Of a stretch of 64,000 bases of DNA, positions 28,309 through 37,198 are shown one piece after another. The notes beneath the pieces are model-generated. The model did no database searches, had not been told where the DNA came from, and saw only the letters and a program-made list of their open reading frames with translations. Numbering within the stretch: position 1 is the stretch's first letter; each line of letters starts with the position of its first letter. Origin of the DNA: an uncultured Acidibacter sp. (GTDB taxonomy: Bacteria; Pseudomonadota; Gammaproteobacteria; Steroidobacterales; Steroidobacteraceae); assembly GCA_964541625.1 (NCBI GenBank), contig CAZIRD010000002.1:6246-70245 (forward strand), in the 5' to 3' direction. The position numbers and the translations under genes are program-made.

Positions 28309-28320
28309 TGGGCATGGGCA
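28309..28320. repeat. Tandem hexamer TGGGCA-TGGGCA
   Basis: Read directly. The same hexamer recurs in the tandem repeat at 32101-32130. Confidence 0.5.
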
Positions 28321-28327
28321 GATAACC

Positions 28328-28342
28328 ATCGCGCAGCGCGAT
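28328..28342. promoter_or_regulatory. Inverted repeat ATCGCGC-A-GCGCGAT
   Basis: Perfect 7-1-7 palindrome about 90 nt upstream of the regulator start codon. Confidence 0.35.
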
Positions 28343-28430
28343 CATTCCGGATTGCTGCCGAATCGGGAGTTTCTGGACAATTCGCCGGATTTGGCGAAGA
28401 TGCCGGGGCGTCAGGTCGAGGGAGGACGGG

Positions 28431-29330
28431 ATGCCGGCTTTGGATTTGCTCGAGCAGCCGCGCGAGGAGGAATCGAATTCCCCCGCTGAGCGCCACGCCG
28501 ACTCGCTCGTGCTGCTGGTCGACTCCGACCCCTCGTCGGTCGAGTTCATGGCCCGGGCACTCTCCCAGGCTGGACTGCGTGTGCTGGTGGCCGACCGCAT
28601 CGGCGGCACGGATGGCGCTGCGGCGCAATTGCGCGCCCAGGCCGGCATCAATGTCATCGTCCTCGACCCGCAGGCCGTACCAGGCCGCGACAACCTCGCC
28701 GAACTGCAAGCCTCGGGCTTGCGCGAAGAAATACAGGTGATCCTCGTGGCCGAGCCGGTCACCCTCGCGCGCTACACGCAGATGGCGCCCGCCGAGGTCG
28801 CTGATTTCCTGCCAAAACCGGTGGCCCGCCGCACCCTGTTGCGGGCCGTGCTCGAGGCCCAGCGCCGTCACGCCTCGCTGCGTCAGCCATTGCAGCCGGA
28901 GGGGCGCCTCGCCCGTCTCGTCGAACGCGCCGCGACCCGTGAACTGCGACGCCTCGCGCCGCGGGAGCAGCCGGTCGAATTGCGCACCCTGCAACTGCTC
29001 GCCGACCTCGACGAGTGTCGGGCGGGGACGCTCGACGGCATCCTCGAGCCGGATGCGACCTGGAGCATGCTGACAGAACTGCTGCGCGCCCGCCTCGCGC
29101 GCCGGCGGCTCTCGGTGACCAGCCTCTGCCTTGCCTCGAAGAGCCCGGTCACCACCGCGCTGCGACGCATCGACCGGCTGCTGGAAGCTGGCCTGATCTG
29201 CTGCACCCAGGACCCCAAGGATCGACGCCGCAAGTACATCGAATTGACGGCGTCCGGCACGGCGCGGCTACAGGAAACGCTGAGAACCGCGGCGCAGCGC
29301 CTGCGTGGCGAGGAAACCACATTCCCTTGA
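28431..29330 (+). CDS. Hybrid regulator: CheY-like receiver domain + MarR-type winged-helix DNA-binding domain
   Basis: 299 aa. The N-terminal half aligns by eye to CheY: LLVDSD acidic pocket, VIVLDPQ acceptor Asp, VILVAEP with Thr replaced by Ala, FLPKP Lys. The C-terminal half has a MarR pattern (LSVTSLCLASKSPVTTALRRIDRLLEAGLICCTQDPKDRRRKYIELTASGTARL). Confidence 0.65.
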   Translation: MPALDLLEQPREEESNSPAERHADSLVLLVDSDPSSVEFMARALSQAGLRVLVADRIGGTDGAAAQLRAQAGINVIVLDPQAVPGRDNLAELQASGLREEIQVILVAEPVTLARYTQMAPAEVADFLPKPVARRTLLRAVLEAQRRHASLRQPLQPEGRLARLVERAATRELRRLAPREQPVELRTLQLLADLDECRAGTLDGILEPDATWSMLTELLRARLARRRLSVTSLCLASKSPVTTALRRIDRLLEAGLICCTQDPKDRRRKYIELTASGTARLQETLRTAAQRLRGEETTFP

Positions 29331-29467
29331 GAGCGCCGCAGCCACCGGGTTTACGGGGTTCTCTGGGTAAATTCTGCTGACTTGGGTTTAGAATCGGGTC
29401 GTAAGTACAACACCCCGCGGGGCGTAGCGCCGCCGACGGGGCCATTACAAACAGAGGGGCTTTGTCA

Positions 29468-32017
29468 ATGAAGACATTTTCAGCCGTTGGTCTAGCGGTA
29501 TCGCTGACCTTGCTTGCCGGCAGCGCCGTCGCACAGGAAAGCGAAGGCCTCGAAGAAATCGTGGTTACGGCCACCAAACGCGAGCAAACCCTGCAGGACG
29601 TGCCGGTCGCCGTCACCGTGACGCCCGTGCAAACCCTGGAGCGCGCGCAGATCCGCACCATCAGCGACCTGCAGTCGATCATTCCGTCGCTGCGTGTTTC
29701 GCAGCTGCAGACCTCGACGCAGACCAACTTCATCATCCGCGGCTTCGGCAACGGCGCCAACAACCCGGGCATCGAGTCCTCGGTCGGCGTATTCATCGAC
29801 GGCGTCTACCGCTCGCGCTCCGCGGGCGCGATCGGCGACTTCGTCGACGTCGAGCGCGTCGAAGTGCTGCGCGGCCCGCAAAGCACCCTTTTCGGTCAGA
29901 ACGCTTCGGCCGGCGTCATCAGCGTCGTCACGCAAAAGCCTTCGCTTGACGAGACGAGCGGCATGGTCGAACTCACCCTCGGCAACTACAACGGCCGTAT
30001 CGCCAAGGGCAAAATCACCGGCCCGATCAGCGACAACGTCGGCTTCAGCCTCGCCGGCAGCTTCAACGAGCGCGACGGCTATTACCGCAACCTGGCCGAC
30101 GGCAGCATGCTGAACGACCGCAACCGCTGGGACGTGCGCGGCCAGTTGCTGTGGAAGGCCTCGGACAAGCTCGAGGTGCGCATCATCGGCGACATCAGCG
30201 ACATCGATGAGGTGTGCTGTGGCGTCTCCAACCTCTTCAACGGCCCGACAGGGGGCGCCGTGGCGGCCGCTGGCGGCCGCGTCTATCCGGGCGTTGCGAA
30301 CGCAGCGGGTCTGCCCTTCGATCGCACGAACTACGTCAACCGCAAGCCGGTGAACGCGCTGCGCAACAGCGGCCTCTCGATGCAACTCGACTGGGATCTG
30401 GGTGACTTCACGCTCACCTCTATCACCGCCTCGCGGCAGCAGGATCTCGATTTCGACTATGACTTCGACTTCACCAGCGCGCTGCTCGGCACGGTCAACC
30501 GCAACGTCGGCGACATCGGCACGGTGACCCAGGAACTGCGCCTCGCCTATGACGCCGGCGGCAAGGTCCGCGGCCTGCTCGGTGGCTATTACTTCGACGA
30601 GCGCGTCAAGTACAGCAATGACCTCCAGATCGGTTCGGGCTTCCGCACCTACGCCAGCCTGCTCACCGGCAGCCTGAGCACCTTCCCGAGCCTCGAGGCC
30701 GCACTCGGCCTGCCCACCGGCACGCTGTTCGCCGCCAACACCGGCAACAAGATCAACACCTCGCAGGACACCGAGGCGTACACGCTGTTCGGCCAGCTTG
30801 ATTTCGATCTGACCGACCGACTGACGCTGACCGGCGGCCTCGCGTACACCAACACGCAGAAGGACGTGAACTATCAGCAGAACTCCACCGAGGCATTCTC
30901 GGCGCTGGACTTCGTGCAGATCGGCTTCGCGCAGATCTTCTCGTCGCTTACCCGCCTGCCGCCGACTCCGGCGAACCTCGCCAACCCGGCGCTGGCCGTC
31001 GCGGCGCGCACCGCAGACGCCCTGAGCGTGGTGCCGTGCTCAGCCACCACCGGGCCGGCCTGCAACCCGCTGCTCGGCCTCTACGCGCTGCAGTTCCTGC
31101 ATCCGCCCGTGCCGTTCGCGGATAAGTCGGATGACAGCAAGACCACCTACACGGTGCGTCTCGCGTACGACATCAACGACAACCTGAACGCCTACCTCGG
31201 GGTGTCGACGGGCTACAAGGCGACGTCCTGGAACCTGTCGCGCGACAGCAAGCCGTTCGCGCCGGCGACACCGGCCCGCTCGCCGCTGGGCGGCGCGTTG
31301 AATCCGTACTACCCGCGCTATGGCACCCGCTACGCGCGGCCGGAGGAGTCCACGGTGACCGAGCTCGGCATCAAGGGACGCTGGTCGCGCTTCGCGGCCA
31401 ACGTCGCGGTGTTCGACCAGTCCATCAAGGACTTCCAGTCGAACCTGTTCCTCGGCACGGGCTTCGTGCTCGGCAACGCCGGCAAGCAGACCACCAAGGG
31501 CATCGAGATCGAGACGCAGAGCAAGGTCACTGACTCGCTGCAGTTGGCGATCTCCTACAGCTACTTCAACCCGAAGTACGACTCGTTCCCGGGGGCCGAG
31601 GCGGTCACGGCATCGGCCTGTGCGGCATCCATCATCTCGGGTTCGCGCGCAACCGATCTCTCCGGTCAGACGGTGGCGAACATCGCGAAGCACAATGCGT
31701 CCATCGGTCTGACGCAGGGCTTCTCGGTGGGCAGCACCGAGGGCTTCGTGCGCGCCGACTACATGTACCAGAGCAATGTGCAGACGGTGGAGAACGTCTG
31801 TCCGCAGCTGTCCTCGCGTCAGGTCAACACGCTCAACGCGAGCGTCGGCTTCTCGCGTGACGGCTGGGACTTCCTGCTCTGGGGTCGCAACCTCTCCAAC
31901 AACGACTACCTGATCCAGGCGTTCCCGTCGGTGGCGCAGGCGGGCAGCTTCTCGGGCTACCCGAACGAGCCGCGCACCTACGGCGTCACGGTACGCAAGA
32001 ACTTCGGCGGCAAGTAA
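29468..32017 (+). CDS. TonB-dependent outer-membrane receptor (TBDR-C)
   Basis: ATG 29468 gives MKTFSAVGLAVSLTLLAGSAVAQ. Plug motifs are present (EEIVVTATKREQTLQDVPVAVTV, IIRGFGNGANNPGIESSVGVFIDGVY, VEVLRGPQSTLFGQNASAGVISVVT). The C-terminus ends ...TVRKNFGGK rather than the usual terminal aromatic residue. Confidence 0.9.
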   Translation: MKTFSAVGLAVSLTLLAGSAVAQESEGLEEIVVTATKREQTLQDVPVAVTVTPVQTLERAQIRTISDLQSIIPSLRVSQLQTSTQTNFIIRGFGNGANNPGIESSVGVFIDGVYRSRSAGAIGDFVDVERVEVLRGPQSTLFGQNASAGVISVVTQKPSLDETSGMVELTLGNYNGRIAKGKITGPISDNVGFSLAGSFNERDGYYRNLADGSMLNDRNRWDVRGQLLWKASDKLEVRIIGDISDIDEVCCGVSNLFNGPTGGAVAAAGGRVYPGVANAAGLPFDRTNYVNRKPVNALRNSGLSMQLDWDLGDFTLTSITASRQQDLDFDYDFDFTSALLGTVNRNVGDIGTVTQELRLAYDAGGKVRGLLGGYYFDERVKYSNDLQIGSGFRTYASLLTGSLSTFPSLEAALGLPTGTLFAANTGNKINTSQDTEAYTLFGQLDFDLTDRLTLTGGLAYTNTQKDVNYQQNSTEAFSALDFVQIGFAQIFSSLTRLPPTPANLANPALAVAARTADALSVVPCSATTGPACNPLLGLYALQFLHPPVPFADKSDDSKTTYTVRLAYDINDNLNAYLGVSTGYKATSWNLSRDSKPFAPATPARSPLGGALNPYYPRYGTRYARPEESTVTELGIKGRWSRFAANVAVFDQSIKDFQSNLFLGTGFVLGNAGKQTTKGIEIETQSKVTDSLQLAISYSYFNPKYDSFPGAEAVTASACAASIISGSRATDLSGQTVANIAKHNASIGLTQGFSVGSTEGFVRADYMYQSNVQTVENVCPQLSSRQVNTLNASVGFSRDGWDFLLWGRNLSNNDYLIQAFPSVAQAGSFSGYPNEPRTYGVTVRKNFGGK

Positions 32018-32024
32018 ACGCGCC

Positions 32025-32052
32025 GCAGCGTCACCCCGGCGGGTGACGCTGC
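32025..32052 (+). other. Perfect 12-bp stem hairpin immediately after the TBDR-C stop, without a T-run
   Basis: gcagcgtcaccc-cggc-gggtgacgctgc, read directly. Confidence 0.6.
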
Positions 32053-32071
32053 GATGACGCGCTCGATGCAC

Positions 32072-32105
32072 GGGCGGTCGCGGAAACGCGACCGCCCTTT
32101 TTCTT
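32072..32105 (+). terminator. Rho-independent terminator after TBDR-C
   Basis: gggcggtcgcg-gaaa-cgcgaccgccc followed by tttttctt. 11-bp stem with a GAAA tetraloop. Confidence 0.85.
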
Positions 32106-32130
32106 GGCTGGGCATTTTCTTGGCCGGGCA
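32101..32130. repeat. Tandem direct repeat TTCTTGGCTGGGCA / TTCTTGGCCGGGCA (period 16)
   Basis: 13/14 identical copies at 32101-32114 and 32117-32130, about 150 nt upstream of the TBDR-D start. Contains a TGGGCA hexamer. Confidence 0.6.
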
Positions 32131-32280
32131 AAGTCTTGTGTAGACGTTATCCCTTCGTTGCAAAAATACAACGCGCGAGGATTGAGAATTTCCCGTGCCC
32201 TCGCTAATGTCGCGGGCCGTCACGCGCGGATCACCGTGCGGACTCGGGCAATCCAAAAAACTCAGGGGAAGGAGCAACCA

Positions 32281-35200
32281 ATGACTCGCGCCAATCGCGG
32301 AGCCCTCATCGGGGCATTCGTCGCCGCAGTCCTCGCGCAGGGATCTGCGCTCGCGGCACCTCAGTCGTCATCCGGGGCAGCGGCCCGCCAGGCTGCCAGC
32401 GCCAACGATCAGGCACTGCAGGAAGTACTGGTCACCGGTTCGCGCATCAAACGCGATCCGACCACGGCGCCGACGCCGCTCATTCAGGTGTCGCGCGATG
32501 AAGTGGTCAATTCGGGTATGGCAAGCGTCATCGACGTGCTGGCCGATTTACCGGCGTTGTCGGGTTCGATCGTGCCGGAAGACACCACGGGCTCGGGTCT
32601 GAACGACGGCGGTCTGTCCTTGCTCAACCTCCGCGACCTCGGCAGCGGTCGCACGCTGACCCTCGTCGACGGTCGCCGTCATGTCGGCTCCAACCCCGGC
32701 ACGCTGTCGGTGGACATCGACACCATTCCACGCCTGCTGATCGAGCGCGTGGAACTCGTCACCGGCGCGAACTCCGCTCAGTACGGCGCGGACGCGGTTT
32801 CTGGCGTGGTGAACTTCGTGCTGCGTCGCGACTACGAAGGCCTCGAGGTCGACGTGTCGAACGCGATGATCAACAAGAACGGCGAGACCAACAAGCGCAT
32901 CTCCATCCTTGGCGGCACCAACCTGCTGGAGGATCGTCTCAACCTCTACGCCTCCTTCGAACACGAGGAGAATGAGGAGGTTCTGGACGCCAATGTCGAC
33001 TGGCGCGCGGACGCCTGGGGCTTCCTCGGCGTCGACTTCGACCCCACCAGTGCACCGAACGACGGCATCGTCGACAACATCCTGGTCAGCGGTCTGCGCA
33101 ACATCTCGCGCTCGCGTGGCGGTACGCTGACCCTGGTCAATGACATCCCTGCTGATCCGAACCGCAACATCCCGGCAGGCGTCGGGCAGCCGTGTGCGCT
33201 GGGCACCACTGGCTCGATCAGCGCGCAGTGCATCTTCCCGGAACCCGGCAAGACCTGGCAATTCGCCGACAACGGCGCGGCACGCCTCGCGAACTTCGGC
33301 TCGCAGCGCAACCTCATCGGTCGTTCGCGCAATCTGAACGTCGGCGGTGACGGTCTCAACGTCAACACCGAGTTCAGCCAGTTCAGCCGTCTGCCGCGGG
33401 CGGAAGCCGACCGCTATCAGGGCGGCTTCAACTTCAAGGTCACCGACAACGCGCAAGTCTTCGGCGAACTCAAGTACGTCAAAGAAAATACCTTCGACGA
33501 GTCGCAGCAGACGTTCTTCGATATCGGCATCGTCAACCAGCCGGTCGGCACGAACACTTCACTGTTCGGCACGACGTCTTTCAACATCGGCCTCGACAAC
33601 GCCTACCTGGATCCGACGCTGCGCGCCGCCATCCTCGGCAACGTCCGTCCGGTGATCAGCACCGCGGGCGTACAGACGGGCACCGTCGCCGATCCGCGCG
33701 CGCGGCTCAGCATCTTCGGACCCTCGCGCACGCAGTTGAACGAAAAGGAACTGTCGCGCTACGTAATCGGCGTGCGGGGCGAGGCGGAATCGCTCGGCTT
33801 CGTCAACGACATCAACTACGAAGTCAGCTACACCTACGGCAAGCTCGAGAACGTCAACTTCGAAAAGGCCGTTGACGTCGTGCGCTTCAAGCACTCGGTC
33901 GACGCCGTGGTTGACACGCTCGGCAAAGTGAACAACCGCCCGGGCGAGATCGTCTGCCGCGTGCGGCTGCTGGCCGCCAACGGCGTTCCGGTCATCAACC
34001 CGCTCACCGGTACGGCCTACAGCCCGACCGCCGCCGACGTCGCGAATTGCGTGCCGTCGCGCGTCTTCGGCGAGAACGGCTACTCGCAGGAGGCACTGAA
34101 TTTCTTCAACGCCACCATCGCGGTGCGTCAGAAGAACGAGCAGCAGGATGCGCTGGCGACCATCGCCGGCAACGTCTGGGACCTCTGGGGTGCCGGCCCG
34201 ATCGGTCTCGCCCTGGGCGCCGAGTACCGCGAGGAGAAGACCGAAGGCATCGGCCGCGACCGTGATACGGCGGGCCGTCTGCTGTTCCTCAACACCGGAC
34301 CGGACTTCCTGCCTGCCAAGTACGACACCACGGAGTACTTCGGCGAGATCCGCGTGCCGCTGCTGCGGGACGTGATGCTGGCCAAGAGCCTCGAGGTCGG
34401 TGCGGCCTTCCGCTCGTCTGACTACTCGACCGTCGGCACCACTGATACCTACAACTTCAACGTGGTCTGGCGGCCGATCGAGGACATCACGCTGCGCGCC
34501 ACCCGCGGCAAGTCGGTGCGCGTACCGACGCTCAGCGAGAACTTCGGTCCGCCGACGCAGACGTTCGCGAACGGTCTCACCGACCCCTGCAGCGCCACGG
34601 TGATCAATGCGCTCACCGACACGACCGTGCGTGAGAACCGGCTGCGCAACTGCGTGGCGATCGGCATCCCGGCGGGCACGGTGATCACCTACACCAGCGG
34701 CGTGCCCGGCAAGAACTCCGGCAATCCCTTCCTGACGCCGGAAACGTCGTACACCTCAACGGTGTCGATGATCGTCTCGCCGCGCTTCCTGCCGAAGGCG
34801 ACGATGGTGCTCGACTACTACGAGATCACCATCAAGGACGTGATCGGCTCGGTCACGGCGCAGCTGGCGGCCAACCTCTGCGTCAGCCAGACGTCGGTCA
34901 ACACGCCGATCTGCTCGCTGCTGGTGCGCACGGGTGCTGCCGGCTCGGGAACCATCCCGCCGTACGGCATCGCCGACTTCATCCAGGGCTCGGTGAACGG
35001 CCTGAAGCTCTACACGCGGGGCGTGGACTATCAGTTCATCTACCGGACCGACGGCAAGCTGTCGTTCAACCTGAACGGCAACTACGTCTTCGACTACCGG
35101 AACTTCAACAATTTCAGCGATCCGACTTTCTACGAGCGCTCGGAAGGTTTCCTGTTCGACAACAACCGGACAACCGTGCCGCGTGTGCGCTTTGCGCTGA

Positions 35201-35514
35201 CCACCGACTGGGCGGTGTCCAGCAAGTTCAACCTGCGCTGGAAGGCCGACTACCAGTCGTCGATGTACCTGCAAAACCTCAGCACCCTGGGTGGCAACGA
35301 CGACATCTACGAGAGCCCGTCGTACTTCTACACCTCCACGTTCATTCAGCACGACTTCTCGGCGCAGTACTCGCCGATGGATAACCTGAGCCTGCGTGGC
35401 GGCGTGGTGAACGCCTTCGACAAGCGGCCGGCCCAGTGGTTGGGCGGCACGGTCGAAGACAAGTTCGACCTCTTCGGTCGTCGCTTCTATCTCGGTGCGA
35501 ACTACAAGTTCTAA
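32281..35514 (+). CDS. TonB-dependent outer-membrane receptor, large (~1080 aa) type (TBDR-D), paralogous in style to TBDR-A
   Basis: GGAAGGAG precedes ATG 32281. Product MTRANRGALIGAFVAAVLAQGSALA has a signal peptide. Plug motifs are present (EVLVTGSRIKRD, LRDLGSGRTLTLVDGRRHV, GANSAQYGADAVSGVVNFVLRRDYEG). C-terminus ends ...YLGANYKF. Confidence 0.9.
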   Translation: MTRANRGALIGAFVAAVLAQGSALAAPQSSSGAAARQAASANDQALQEVLVTGSRIKRDPTTAPTPLIQVSRDEVVNSGMASVIDVLADLPALSGSIVPEDTTGSGLNDGGLSLLNLRDLGSGRTLTLVDGRRHVGSNPGTLSVDIDTIPRLLIERVELVTGANSAQYGADAVSGVVNFVLRRDYEGLEVDVSNAMINKNGETNKRISILGGTNLLEDRLNLYASFEHEENEEVLDANVDWRADAWGFLGVDFDPTSAPNDGIVDNILVSGLRNISRSRGGTLTLVNDIPADPNRNIPAGVGQPCALGTTGSISAQCIFPEPGKTWQFADNGAARLANFGSQRNLIGRSRNLNVGGDGLNVNTEFSQFSRLPRAEADRYQGGFNFKVTDNAQVFGELKYVKENTFDESQQTFFDIGIVNQPVGTNTSLFGTTSFNIGLDNAYLDPTLRAAILGNVRPVISTAGVQTGTVADPRARLSIFGPSRTQLNEKELSRYVIGVRGEAESLGFVNDINYEVSYTYGKLENVNFEKAVDVVRFKHSVDAVVDTLGKVNNRPGEIVCRVRLLAANGVPVINPLTGTAYSPTAADVANCVPSRVFGENGYSQEALNFFNATIAVRQKNEQQDALATIAGNVWDLWGAGPIGLALGAEYREEKTEGIGRDRDTAGRLLFLNTGPDFLPAKYDTTEYFGEIRVPLLRDVMLAKSLEVGAAFRSSDYSTVGTTDTYNFNVVWRPIEDITLRATRGKSVRVPTLSENFGPPTQTFANGLTDPCSATVINALTDTTVRENRLRNCVAIGIPAGTVITYTSGVPGKNSGNPFLTPETSYTSTVSMIVSPRFLPKATMVLDYYEITIKDVIGSVTAQLAANLCVSQTSVNTPICSLLVRTGAAGSGTIPPYGIADFIQGSVNGLKLYTRGVDYQFIYRTDGKLSFNLNGNYVFDYRNFNNFSDPTFYERSEGFLFDNNRTTVPRVRFALTTDWAVSSKFNLRWKADYQSSMYLQNLSTLGGNDDIYESPSYFYTSTFIQHDFSAQYSPMDNLSLRGGVVNAFDKRPAQWLGGTVEDKFDLFGRRFYLGANYKF

Positions 35515-35541
35515 GCTTCCCGCAAGCTGAAGAGCGGGTTC

Positions 35542-35576
35542 AGGGGCCCGGTCGCAAGACCGGGCCTCTTTTTTTG
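35542..35576 (+). terminator. Rho-independent terminator after TBDR-D
   Basis: ggcccggtc-gcaa-gaccgggcc extended by flanking pairs, followed by a T-run (35569-35576). Confidence 0.85.
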
Positions 35577-35595
35577 CAGGGTCGTTTTCCCTGCG

Positions 35596-36474
35596 GTGCC
35601 GGGCTCAGGCATGATCGACGGCATCATGGAAACCGCTGCGGAATTCATCACCGCCGATCTTTCCCGGCTCGCCCTGCGCGACTGGGCGGTCAACGACCCG
35701 CTGCACACGACATCATCCGGCCGCAAGCCGCTGGTGCTGATCGTCCACGGTCTCGGCGAACATGCGGGGCGCTACCAGCCGCTAGCGGCGCGGCTCGCGC
35801 AGGCCGGATACCCCGTGCGCGCCTATGATCAGTTCGGTCACGGTCATTCCTCGGGGCCCCGCGGCGGCCTGCAGCGCGACCTGCAACTCGTCGAACATCT
35901 CGCGGAACTCGCCAGGGCCACCCTGGCGCTGCCGCAGCACCAGGGTCGCAAGCTGGTGCTGGTCGGCCACAGCCTCGGCGGACTGATCGTCGCCTCGGCG
36001 GTGATGCACGGACTGCTGCAGCCCGCGCTGCTCGTCATGTCCTCGCCGGCGCTCGCGGTGCGCATGGCGGCCTGGCAGCGCGCCGCGGTCGGTCTGCTGC
36101 CGCGGCTGCTGCCCTCGCTGACGCTCGGCAACGGCCTCGACCCGCAGATCCTTTCGCATGATCCTCAAGTCGTCGCAGACTACCTGGCCGATCCGCTGGT
36201 GCACGACCGGATCTGCGCCCGGCTCGGGGGTTTCGTGTTCAGCGAGGGACAGGCGGTTAGAGCCGCTGCAGTGCACTGGCGAACGCCGACGCTGCTGCTC
36301 TACGCGGGTGACGACTGGGCGGTTGATCCCGCGGGCAGCCGGGAATTCGCAGCGGCGGCGCCGGACTCAATGGTCCGCGCGCAGTGCTTCGCGGCGATGT
36401 ATCACGAGATCTTCAACGAGCCTGACGACGGCGCGATCACGGCCCTCGAATCAGGCCTCGCTGGCGCGGGTTGA
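35596..36474 (+). CDS. Alpha/beta hydrolase (lysophospholipase / monoacylglycerol-lipase-like)
   Basis: LVLIVHGLGEHAGRY oxyanion region and GHSLGG nucleophile elbow. Start uncertain (GTG 35596, ATG 35611 or 35626). Confidence 0.8.
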   Translation: MPGSGMIDGIMETAAEFITADLSRLALRDWAVNDPLHTTSSGRKPLVLIVHGLGEHAGRYQPLAARLAQAGYPVRAYDQFGHGHSSGPRGGLQRDLQLVEHLAELARATLALPQHQGRKLVLVGHSLGGLIVASAVMHGLLQPALLVMSSPALAVRMAAWQRAAVGLLPRLLPSLTLGNGLDPQILSHDPQVVADYLADPLVHDRICARLGGFVFSEGQAVRAAAVHWRTPTLLLYAGDDWAVDPAGSREFAAAAPDSMVRAQCFAAMYHEIFNEPDDGAITALESGLAGAG

Positions 36475-37198
36475 AGAGCGCCCAGAGCAGGCAAGCGGCC
36501 ACGGTGACGGCGCCGCTCAAGGCGGCGATGCGCACCGGGTCGGTCACCTGCTCCTTGCCGAAATAGACGCCGACCGCGGCCCAGACGAACACCAGGCAAT
36601 ACGCGGCGTTGCGCGTCACCGCGCCCATCCAGACGTAGATCGCGGTCGCCGCGCAGACGGTGGCGAGTGCCCATTGATCCATGCCGAGTCCGAACGGATA
36701 CCAGCGGAGGTCGTAGAACAGCGTCGCGAAATTGACCAGCGTCGCCGTGGTGATCCAGCCGAAGTAGATCGCGAACACGCCATCGACACAGAGAAACTCG
36801 CCGATCGTGGGCGGACCGAGACGCCGCAACCGGACGAAGATCGCGATCAGCGTGCCGAGGATCAACAACATGATGGCGACGCTGAGCGCCACCTGCCGGT
36901 AGTGCCAGGAGAAAATCCAGGCGGCATTGCCGGCGGCGTTAAGGAAATAGAGGTTGCTGATCGGCGCGATGCGCGCGCGCACGCGCGCTCCCCCGCGCCA
37001 GGCTGCCACGCCGAACGCCAGCAGACCGAGGTAGATCACCGACCAGATCGAAAACACCCAGCCCGGCGGCGTGAACCCGGTCGGGTAGAGGTCGGACAAC
37101 TGGCCGGTGTTCAGGCCGTTGATCGGAACAATGTTGGCCGCCGCGTTGACCATGAGTACCATCAGCGTGGCAAGCAGCGGCAAGACGGTGCGATCCAT
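36437..37198 (-). CDS. Multi-pass membrane protein, TspO/MBR-related (tryptophan-rich sensory protein-like)
   Basis: 253 aa with about 6 hydrophobic helices. TPPGWVFSIWSVIYLGLLAF resembles the TspO NPPxWVFPxxW motif. Confidence 0.55.
   Translation of the reverse strand: MDRTVLPLLATLMVLMVNAAANIVPINGLNTGQLSDLYPTGFTPPGWVFSIWSVIYLGLLAFGVAAWRGGARVRARIAPISNLYFLNAAGNAAWIFSWHYRQVALSVAIMLLILGTLIAIFVRLRRLGPPTIGEFLCVDGVFAIYFGWITTATLVNFATLFYDLRWYPFGLGMDQWALATVCAATAIYVWMGAVTRNAAYCLVFVWAAVGVYFGKEQVTDPVRIAALSGAVTVAACLLWALFNPRQRGLIRGP

Noticed and set aside
28321-28347. Fur-box-like sequence gataaccatcgcgcagcgcgatcatt upstream of TBDR-B
   Set aside because: Only the outer GATAA/ATCATT fragments resemble the 19-bp Fur consensus and the centre is GC-rich. 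It is better described as the ATCGCGC-A-GCGCGAT palindrome of unknown specificity.
29331-29467. Structured leader or riboswitch upstream of TBDR-C (contains a ccccgcgggg palindrome)
   Set aside because: It matches no riboswitch class I know, and short GC palindromes are frequent in this genome. There is not enough evidence to call an RNA element.
32101-32125. Sigma-54 promoter look-alike (TGGC...TTGG) within the tandem repeat
   Set aside because: The spacing and the -12 element do not fit TGGCAC-N5-TTGCW (TTTC or TTGG occupies the TTGC position). I kept it as a direct repeat only.
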